Origin: a virus | Lineage: Duplodnaviria > Caudoviricetes | Length of the DNA: 64,000 nt | Direction: 5' to 3' (one strand) | IMG/VR virus record: IMGVR_UViG_3300002092_001784 | Span: 32,001 to 96,000 of that record | Shown: piece by piece, positions 46,403 through 53,362 of the stretch | Layout: each line of letters starts with the position of its first letter | Numbering within the stretch: position 1 is the first letter of the stretch | Notes under the pieces: generated by a model | Database searches by the model: none | What the model saw: only the letters and a program-made list of their open reading frames with translations | What the model was told of the DNA's origin: nothing | Program-made: the position numbers and the translations under genes

Positions 46403-47283
46403 AAAAAAGTACATTAGTAGTAGTGCATTGTATGCCAACCGAAATAGAAATGCTGGAACGCTTTATGGTACGGTATCGTAAATCACTTTCGCATTTGGAT
46501 AGTAATGATGATGTTACATTAAAAGTGACACTAAACCTAAACCCTAAACTTACAGATTGGGATGTTAGTGAATTGAAGCAGGATTATTTTATAAAACGAT
46601 TTGATACATTGTTTGATGATATTAAAAGTGTAAATGAAATTCAATTGGGTGATTCGTTAATGGGAACTACTCAACAGAAACGAGAAAGTATTGAGTTGGA
46701 TTACGACCAATTTATATTTTGTGATCCAGATGTAATTACGCATGAGTTGTTATTGGCAACTCAAATCCATACATCATACGATATGAACGGTATGTATATC
46801 ATATCACCATCATTACCTAAATGGTGGGATTATACTTGGAATCAGTTATGTCATTCTGATTATGTAAACCGACCATATCAATACGCATATAGCGATGAAT
46901 GTATATTAAACGCAGAAATCCAAACAGTTTCCGATATAACTGTTAAACCTATTAGTAGAATAAAATTTGGATGTGGTATGCATACTTTATATTCCAAAGA
47001 ATTTTGGAAGTTTATCGGAATACCCGAATCGTTGGGGGGTTATGGGCCGGAAGATACATATGCAATGCAAGCAGCATCCTTAGCTATAAAGTTCGGTTAT
47101 GATATTAAACAATTTGTATTGGATGGCATTTACATTACGGAAGATTTGATAAATAAAAAATGTGAAATCGAAAGTAAAATAGTAAAAGTTGATAATAAAT
47201 CAGAACTGTATAAAAATGGTGAAGATAACAGTAAAATAGAATTAGTGAACTTTGGTAAAAAACTATACACTTTTTTGAGATAA
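46399..47283 (+). CDS. hypothetical GT-A-like protein
   Basis: FCDPD DxD motif; GGYGPED. Confidence 0.55.
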   Translation: MKKSTLVVVHCMPTEIEMLERFMVRYRKSLSHLDSNDDVTLKVTLNLNPKLTDWDVSELKQDYFIKRFDTLFDDIKSVNEIQLGDSLMGTTQQKRESIELDYDQFIFCDPDVITHELLLATQIHTSYDMNGMYIISPSLPKWWDYTWNQLCHSDYVNRPYQYAYSDECILNAEIQTVSDITVKPISRIKFGCGMHTLYSKEFWKFIGIPESLGGYGPEDTYAMQAASLAIKFGYDIKQFVLDGIYITEDLINKKCEIESKIVKVDNKSELYKNGEDNSKIELVNFGKKLYTFLR

Positions 47284-47296
47284 ATAAAAAAATTAA

Positions 47297-47304
47297 ATAT
47301 TTAT
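47297..47304 (+). promoter_or_regulatory. ATATTTAT putative phage promoter box
   Basis: Intergenic, upstream of 47368. Confidence 0.5.
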
Positions 47305-47367
47305 AATAAATTAAAAAGTGCGTGAATTGCACACCATTTAGTTTCAACTAATTATATAAAATTCTAC

Positions 47368-47979
47368 ATGCAAATGATTGAAATATATGCAAGTGTGTTA
47401 ATCGCATTAATAACTACTTTGTTTGGCCCGTTGTTTGTCACTTGGGTTCGACATAGAATAGTTAAAAAACCCAAAGATGCATTGGTTGGAGATTTAATTG
47501 AGCTCGAAAAGGTGGATATTGAATTACAAGAAATACTTGATTACCTTAATGCAGATAGAGTGTGGATAACACAACTTCATAACGGTGGCCATTTCTTACA
47601 TTCCAATAAATCTATGAAGAAGTTTTCGGTAATGTATGAAGTTACGTCTGCTGGAATTTCTACCATATCATCTACACTTTCAAATATACCAATGACGTTA
47701 TATTCGGCATTGTTTAAGGAATTATTAACTAACAAAAAGGTAATAGTACATGATGCACTTGCATCCTGCAACACCTATGGATTAAATAATATAGCAACAA
47801 GTTCAGGTACTGTATCATTTTATATTGTGGGTATGTTTGATTTCGGAACAGAATTTCTTATCGGTATGGTTGGTGTTGATTATTTGGAAGAAACCCAACT
47901 AACAGATGAACAGTTGGAATATTTGCAATTTAAGGTAGAAAAAATATCAGGATACCTGTCGGCAAAATATAAAAGATAA
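47368..47979 (+). CDS. single-TM membrane protein with GAF-like domain, possible holin
   Basis: N-terminal hydrophobic helix then ADRV...HNGG...GMVGVDY. Confidence 0.45.
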   Translation: MQMIEIYASVLIALITTLFGPLFVTWVRHRIVKKPKDALVGDLIELEKVDIELQEILDYLNADRVWITQLHNGGHFLHSNKSMKKFSVMYEVTSAGISTISSTLSNIPMTLYSALFKELLTNKKVIVHDALASCNTYGLNNIATSSGTVSFYIVGMFDFGTEFLIGMVGVDYLEETQLTDEQLEYLQFKVEKISGYLSAKYKR

Positions 47980-48512
47980 TGATAGCAAGGAGTTTATTTA
48001 CAGAAGATAAGAAATTGAGAGTGTTTGACTTTGATGATGTTTTGGTCAAAACAACATCATTTGTTTATGTGACTCATAAAAATGGAAGTAAGCAAAAGTT
48101 ATCACCCGCACAATATGCTGTATATAAAGAACAACCGGGTGATATATTTGATTACAAAGATTTTCAGCAGGTATCCAATCCAAAATTGATAAAGGGATAT
48201 GTTGAATTATTAAAAAGAATTGTCAATTCCGGTGGAGACCGTAAAGTCTATATATTAACAGCAAGAAATGCTTATAAACCCGTATATGATTTTATTAGAC
48301 AATTAGGGGTTCGTAATGTTGAAGTAATAGCATTGGGTGATTCAAATCCAGAAAAGAAAGCAGATTGGATTGAAGATCAAATTAAATCCAATGGATATGA
48401 TGATGTGTTTTTTGTAGATGATTCTATTAAAAATGTGGAAGCAGTTCGTAAAAGATTACAAAAATATCCTAGCATAAAGAAAAAAATACAACTGGCAAAA
48501 AGTTCCAGTTAA
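47979..48512 (+). CDS. HAD-family phosphatase
   Basis: VFDFDDVL, ILTARN, K, FFVDDS. Confidence 0.8.
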   Translation: MIARSLFTEDKKLRVFDFDDVLVKTTSFVYVTHKNGSKQKLSPAQYAVYKEQPGDIFDYKDFQQVSNPKLIKGYVELLKRIVNSGGDRKVYILTARNAYKPVYDFIRQLGVRNVEVIALGDSNPEKKADWIEDQIKSNGYDDVFFVDDSIKNVEAVRKRLQKYPSIKKKIQLAKSSS

Positions 48513-48540
48513 TAAACGAATATTAACATTGACACCCATA

Positions 48541-49017
48541 ATGAGTTATATATATTGGTTCACAGGAAACTATGGTGCTGGTAAAACCACAATTGGCACT
48601 AAGTTAAAAGAATTTCTTCAAACCGAAAAACGTAATTGGCGTAAAACGGTATTTTATATTGATGAAACCGAATTACGAAATATCACAAATAACACAGATT
48701 ATTCATCGGAAGGTAATCACAAAATAGTTGTAGATATTCAACTAATAACAAAATTCTTGCATAATAACATATGCGATGTTATTGTGACATCAACCTCACC
48801 AAACAGAGAGTTACGGGAGCAGTTTAAGAATGAAATGGGTGATTCTGTAATTGAGATATATACCCACACTAATCGTAAACGGAAAACGGACGCACTTAAA
48901 GTTGATAATTATGAAATACCGGAATCCAATTTTATAGATATGGATACTACGCATGATAATCCTGCACAATCATTTTCGAACCTGATAACTCACCTAAAAT
49001 CTATAAATAAGTTATAA
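48541..49017 (+). CDS. adenylylsulfate (APS) kinase-like P-loop protein, divergent
   Basis: IYWFTGNYGAGKTT, TSPNRELR, YEIP; canonical LDGD reads IDET. Confidence 0.6.
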   Translation: MSYIYWFTGNYGAGKTTIGTKLKEFLQTEKRNWRKTVFYIDETELRNITNNTDYSSEGNHKIVVDIQLITKFLHNNICDVIVTSTSPNRELREQFKNEMGDSVIEIYTHTNRKRKTDALKVDNYEIPESNFIDMDTTHDNPAQSFSNLITHLKSINKL

Positions 49018-49033
49018 TTAGTATATTAAAGTT

Positions 49034-49576
49034 ATGGAAGATTCAGTATTTGACCCAACGCAAAACTTATCCCTAGCCCCTAAACAACGGTCTAAACGTG
49101 GATTTGCATCACGTCCCCTAATGGAATCAGAAATCAGAGATGTTCAAAAAAGAGCACGTTCTGCTGCCGAAGCCGCAAGATTATTGGGTGTAGTTTATAA
49201 TACCTATAAAAAATATGCACAAATGTATGGTATATTTGAGGACTTAAAAAATCCGTCTTGTATTGGTATTCCTAAAAAATCAAATGGTGGTATTGGTAAC
49301 TACCCGTTAGATGATATATTGGCAGGTAAGCACCCTACTTATGATATATCCAAACTAAAAAAGAGATTACTATTAAATGGGTATTTGGAAGAGAAGTGCT
49401 GTTTGTGTGGTTATGAAGAAAGAAGATTAACAGACCACAGAGTACCATTGGTATTGGATTTTGTGGATGGGGATCGGAAAAATTTCTTATATGATAACCT
49501 ACGCATGCTATGTCTAAACTGTTCATTCCTACACAATGGAAATCTGACAGGACCAAAACAACTCTACTATTATTGA
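49034..49576 (+). CDS. HNH endonuclease-like protein with N-terminal HTH
   Basis: CCLCG...LDFVDGDRKNFLYDNLRMLCLNC. Confidence 0.75.
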   Translation: MEDSVFDPTQNLSLAPKQRSKRGFASRPLMESEIRDVQKRARSAAEAARLLGVVYNTYKKYAQMYGIFEDLKNPSCIGIPKKSNGGIGNYPLDDILAGKHPTYDISKLKKRLLLNGYLEEKCCLCGYEERRLTDHRVPLVLDFVDGDRKNFLYDNLRMLCLNCSFLHNGNLTGPKQLYYY

Positions 49577-49583
49577 TAATAAA

Positions 49584-49615
49584 TTTGGAAAAGTGAAAAA
49601 TTATTAGTATCTTTG
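49584..49615 (+). promoter_or_regulatory. Bacteroidota sigma-70-type promoter
   Basis: TTTG-N20-TATCTTTG. Confidence 0.75.
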
Positions 49616-49646
49616 TATAAATTAAACAATTAAAATAAAAACAGTT

Positions 49647-49859
49647 ATGAGCAAGTATTTTGAAGTTTCAGTTGAAGTTGTCGTATCTACGGCTAAGAAT
49701 GGCAAAGAAAAAAAGAACAAGGAAGTATACCTCGTTGACTCAATGTCAGTTACCGAAGCAGAAGCGCGTGTAGTTAAAGATTTTACCGATGCTGGAGTTG
49801 TGTTAGACTATAAAGTTGTTTCGGTAAAGGAGAGTAGAGTAATTCAAGTAATTGAATAA
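49647..49859 (+). CDS. DUF4494-like protein
   Basis: EVYLVDSMSVTEAEARV resembles the Bacteroidota DUF4494 motif. Confidence 0.6.
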   Translation: MSKYFEVSVEVVVSTAKNGKEKKNKEVYLVDSMSVTEAEARVVKDFTDAGVVLDYKVVSVKESRVIQVIE

Positions 49860-49861
49860 TT

Positions 49862-50110
49862 ATGGAAACAGATATTAAAGAAGAAAAAGTAGTAGTTTTG
49901 AAACGAAACCCGCCCGGTGATAGGTGGAGTTTCGTTTCAGAACCATCTGGCACAGTGTATCCATCATTAACGGCTGGGTTGGATGCGTGGTATCAAACCA
50001 ATGGTAATACGAGTTTTTTTATTGATGCAAGGGCTGGAACAGTAAGTGTTGTTAAATCAGTAGAAGTTGAAAGACCAATTGAAAAGTATTCTTTATACGG
50101 AGAATATTAA
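49862..50110 (+). CDS. hypothetical protein
   Basis: 82 aa ORF. Confidence 0.6.
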   Translation: METDIKEEKVVVLKRNPPGDRWSFVSEPSGTVYPSLTAGLDAWYQTNGNTSFFIDARAGTVSVVKSVEVERPIEKYSLYGEY

Positions 50111-50125
50111 AACAGAACGATGTTT

Positions 50126-50133
50126 ATATTTAT
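50126..50133 (+). promoter_or_regulatory. ATATTTAT putative phage promoter box
   Basis: Within an AACGAT/ATCGTT inverted repeat upstream of 50169. Confidence 0.5.
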
Positions 50134-50168
50134 ATAAAATTATCGTTTAATTGTATAAACCTATTATA

Positions 50169-51020
50169 ATGAGTAAGAAAATCCTAAATGAAATAAAAAG
50201 TATCTCTAATGAACTGAAAGAAATTCGTAAGAGTATGTTGCTTCAAATGATTACAGAAGGTGTTGATGATCCGGGAATCCTAAAATGTGTATTTTTAGCA
50301 GGTGGACCGGGTTCGGGTAAAAGTTATGTGGCCAATGAAATATTTGGTATGACAGATGAAATGAAAAATCAAACATTTTCCGCATCTGGGTTGAAGATAG
50401 TTAATTCAGACCGTGCATTTGAAAAAGTACTTAAAGATTATGGTATAGACCCAAAAGATTTAGCAAAGATTGAAAAAGACGAACCTGAATTTTGGAATAA
50501 CATTGTATTAGGACAACTTAGAACTAAAGCCAAAACTATTACAAATACGCAAAAATCATTTTACGAAATGGGAAGGCTTGGAATGATAATTGATGGTACT
50601 GGTGATGAAGTTTCATCTATACTTGAAAAGAAAGTCAAAGCTGAAAAAATGGGGTATGATTGTTATATGATTTTTGTGAATACTTCTTTGGAAGTTGCTC
50701 TATATCGTAACGCACACCGTTCTAGGCAGTTGAGCGAAAAATTAGTTAAAGAAATATGGCATAAATGCCAAAATAATTTAGGTAAGTTCCAACACATATT
50801 TGGACCAAGATTTACTATTGTTGATAATACATCAGGTGTACCGTTTCATTGGACGGATACGGATACCAAAGGTAGGGAATATGAAATGGATACGGCTGTT
50901 GCACGTGGAGTGCTGGCTGCTGTTAATAAATTCGTTAATGCACCTTTGCAAAATCCAGATGGCAAAAAATGGGTATTGAGCGCTAGGGCATTAAAAAACG
51001 CTAATTTGATAAATAAGTAA
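50169..51020 (+). CDS. zeta-toxin-like / AAA_33 P-loop kinase
   Basis: FLAGGPGSGKS, VNSD, IIDGTG, IFVNTSLEVAL.RN..R.R. Confidence 0.75.
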   Translation: MSKKILNEIKSISNELKEIRKSMLLQMITEGVDDPGILKCVFLAGGPGSGKSYVANEIFGMTDEMKNQTFSASGLKIVNSDRAFEKVLKDYGIDPKDLAKIEKDEPEFWNNIVLGQLRTKAKTITNTQKSFYEMGRLGMIIDGTGDEVSSILEKKVKAEKMGYDCYMIFVNTSLEVALYRNAHRSRQLSEKLVKEIWHKCQNNLGKFQHIFGPRFTIVDNTSGVPFHWTDTDTKGREYEMDTAVARGVLAAVNKFVNAPLQNPDGKKWVLSARALKNANLINK

Positions 51021-51021
51021 C

Positions 51022-51153
51022 ATGGCAAAGAAAGATTCAGCACAGAAAGTTTTCGGTAAATTATCATTCGGTAAGAAAGGGACGGGTAAATTAAAAAAAC
51101 ACCCAAACAGACACGATAGAAGAGAGAAAAATTACAGAGGACAGGGTCGTTAA
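51022..51153 (+). CDS. small basic peptide ending in YRGQGR (43 aa, not in the ORF track)
   Basis: MAKKDSAQKVFGKLSFGKKGTGKLKKHPNRHDRREKNYRGQGR. Confidence 0.7.
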   Translation: MAKKDSAQKVFGKLSFGKKGTGKLKKHPNRHDRREKNYRGQGR

Positions 51154-51170
51154 TCGTTACGAAATCTATT

Positions 51171-51341
51171 ATGAAAAATGAAAAATTTTATATCGAGAAA
51201 TTAATTCTTGATGATGAGTATGCCGATGATATTGTATTGGACAAGACTACAAAAATAAGTAAATTCAAAAGAAACAATCCAAAGAAGCCAAAAAGTAAGC
51301 ATCACCAAAATGTGGAAGTTTTTGAAGATGAATTGGATTAA
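51171..51341 (+). CDS. small charged hypothetical protein (56 aa, not in the ORF track)
   Basis: ATG..TAA ORF MKNEKFYIEK...FEDELD fills the gap. Confidence 0.5.
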   Translation: MKNEKFYIEKLILDDEYADDIVLDKTTKISKFKRNNPKKPKSKHHQNVEVFEDELD

Positions 51342-51353
51342 ATACAAATTAAT

Positions 51354-51812
51354 ATGTTACAACACTACATTTCACATAGAGGAAATTTAGATGGTCGGAT
51401 TCCTGATAAAGAAAACCATCCATCTTATATTAATGACGCTATTGCTTCCGGATATGAGGTTGAGATTGATGTTTGGATGATTGAAGGTGTCCTATTTTTA
51501 GGACACGATGAACCCCAATATGGTATAACTCAACATTGGTTGAATGAACGTTCGGATAGATTATGGATACATTGTAAAAACACTGAAGCAGTTGAATGGT
51601 TCAGTAGTATTACAGGGTTTTGGTGGTTTTGGCATGAATCGGATACACTTACTTTAACATCAGCTGGCCACCGTTGGGTATATCCCGGAAAACAACCAAT
51701 CAATAGAAGTATCGCAGTACTGCCGGAAATACATAACGATGATGTCAGTCAATGTGTTGGTATTTGTTCAGATTATATACAAAACTATAAATACCAGTTC
51801 ACCCACGTATGA
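51354..51812 (+). CDS. PLC-like / glycerophosphodiester phosphodiesterase-fold protein
   Basis: ISHRGN, ENHP, VEIDVW, LGHD, IHCKN, ICSD. Confidence 0.7.
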   Translation: MLQHYISHRGNLDGRIPDKENHPSYINDAIASGYEVEIDVWMIEGVLFLGHDEPQYGITQHWLNERSDRLWIHCKNTEAVEWFSSITGFWWFWHESDTLTLTSAGHRWVYPGKQPINRSIAVLPEIHNDDVSQCVGICSDYIQNYKYQFTHV

Positions 51813-52132
51813 AAATCAATAAATTAGATGAAATGTTTCGTGGTTGGTTTGTTGGTAACTTTGAACCTACATTATACCTTACCAATGATGTTGAAGTGGC
51901 AGTTAAACGATACAATAAAGGAGATTATGAAGCAGCACATTACCATAAAATAGCAACAGAGATAAGTGTTGTTATATCAGGTCGTGTCAGAATGAATGGT
52001 ATTGAATATGGTGCTGGGGATATTATTACAATGGAGCCCGATGAGGCAACCGATTTTGAAGCACTGGAAGATGGTACAGTAAATGTAGTAGTTAAACTAC
52101 CTGGAGCTAACGATGATAAATATTTAGTATGA
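51809..52132 (+). CDS. cupin-domain protein
   Basis: HYHK..TE..V.ISG cupin motif 1. Confidence 0.8.
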   Translation: MKINKLDEMFRGWFVGNFEPTLYLTNDVEVAVKRYNKGDYEAAHYHKIATEISVVISGRVRMNGIEYGAGDIITMEPDEATDFEALEDGTVNVVVKLPGANDDKYLV

Positions 52133-52953
52133 AAATAGCACTTTGTTTTTCTGGCCATATAAATGACTTGAATGATACTAAAGAATATTGGACAGGGCTG
52201 ATTAAAAAATATGATATTGATGTATATGGTTCGTTTTGGGAGGATGAACATATAGAGTTTGGTGATACTGCTGAAAACTTCTTAAACATATATTCGCCGA
52301 AACGGTTTGAAGTTGAGAATTATGAAGCATTTAAGACATCAACTCAAGATTTAGTATCTATGAATATTGATCCACCTGCTGAAATCGAATCATTTTTTAT
52401 GGGTACTACTAAACGGTTTGGTCAGTTATCTATGTATTACAGAATATGGAGATGTAATATGCTTACCAAACAAACCGGTACTAAATACGATTTAGTTATT
52501 AGAGCACGGACAGATACTAAGTTAGATGATAACTTTGAAATAACTTACAATGAAATGTTGAATGTGCCGGTTGGTATTGTGTGTGCATATGTATTGCCTA
52601 ATTCATTTGGGTATAATGATTGCTTTGCGTATGGTACTCCAAAGATAATGGATTATTACAGTTTTCTGTTTTTACGCATGATGGAATACCTTAAAGCAGG
52701 ATATTATGCATTACCGGCTGAACATTTTCTTTTAGTTCATTTTTCAAAAATACACATACAGGTTAGACAGATGGCCAATTATATAACCGTTACACGTACA
52801 TCCAAACGAATGCCGGATGAGGTATATAATCGCACCACATCACCATTCGAAGAAAATGTACAATGGAGCGATTGGTGGGAAGACACTATCTCAAATCCAG
52901 CCCAATTTGGAAATTTTATGAAAGCATCAATTAAAGACGATTTTGTGGTTTAG
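52129..52953 (+). CDS. hypothetical glycan-locus protein (same paralog family)
   Basis: MKIALCFSG, DVYGSFW, YDLVIRARTD, NDCFAYG. Confidence 0.65.
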   Translation: MKIALCFSGHINDLNDTKEYWTGLIKKYDIDVYGSFWEDEHIEFGDTAENFLNIYSPKRFEVENYEAFKTSTQDLVSMNIDPPAEIESFFMGTTKRFGQLSMYYRIWRCNMLTKQTGTKYDLVIRARTDTKLDDNFEITYNEMLNVPVGIVCAYVLPNSFGYNDCFAYGTPKIMDYYSFLFLRMMEYLKAGYYALPAEHFLLVHFSKIHIQVRQMANYITVTRTSKRMPDEVYNRTTSPFEENVQWSDWWEDTISNPAQFGNFMKASIKDDFVV

Positions 52954-52992
52954 TATCGTTTATGATATTTAATTAAAATTAATTATCTTATT

Positions 52993-53151
52993 ATGGACAT
53001 AGCAAATAAAATATCAATTATTATTGAAATGCTTGATGACTCGGTATCTCTTGAAGATTGGGGTATTGTGGAAGATGCAAGACGTGAACTGAATTTTCTT
53101 TACGAAGAAATTGAATCTGATTTTCCATTAGATGATTTCGATCAGGATTAA
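52993..53151 (+). CDS. small highly acidic protein (52 aa, not in the ORF track)
   Basis: MDIANK...DFPLDDFDQD; 17 D/E versus 3 K/R. Confidence 0.55.
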   Translation: MDIANKISIIIEMLDDSVSLEDWGIVEDARRELNFLYEEIESDFPLDDFDQD

Positions 53152-53189
53152 TTAAAATTACAACTTTTATAAAGAAAAATCACAAAAAA

Positions 53190-53221
53190 TTTGGAAAGTT
53201 CAAATATTATTCGTATATTTG
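53190..53221 (+). promoter_or_regulatory. Bacteroidota sigma-70-type promoter
   Basis: TTTG-N20-TATATTTG. Confidence 0.7.
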
Positions 53222-53266
53222 GACTTCAGATTAGGTGTGATATGGATAAAAATTACTTATTACGAT

Positions 53267-53340
53267 TTAACAATTTCTTAACATTAAATATTTGGAAATT
53301 CGTTAAAAAATACCTATCTTTGTGTATTGAGTTTTGAGAG
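53267..53340 (+). promoter_or_regulatory. extended promoter: TTAACA repeats, TTTG-N20-TATCTTTG and downstream GTATTG..TTTGAGAG
   Basis: Near-copy of 57619-57694 and 57729-57804. Confidence 0.8.
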
Positions 53341-53362
53341 TTATTAATTTAATCCCTTTCTT

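Noticed and set aside
53242-53337. 31-codon ORF MDKNYLLRF... upstream of the vWA gene
   Set aside because: It is coincident with the conserved extended promoter, so it is most likely a by-product of that sequence.
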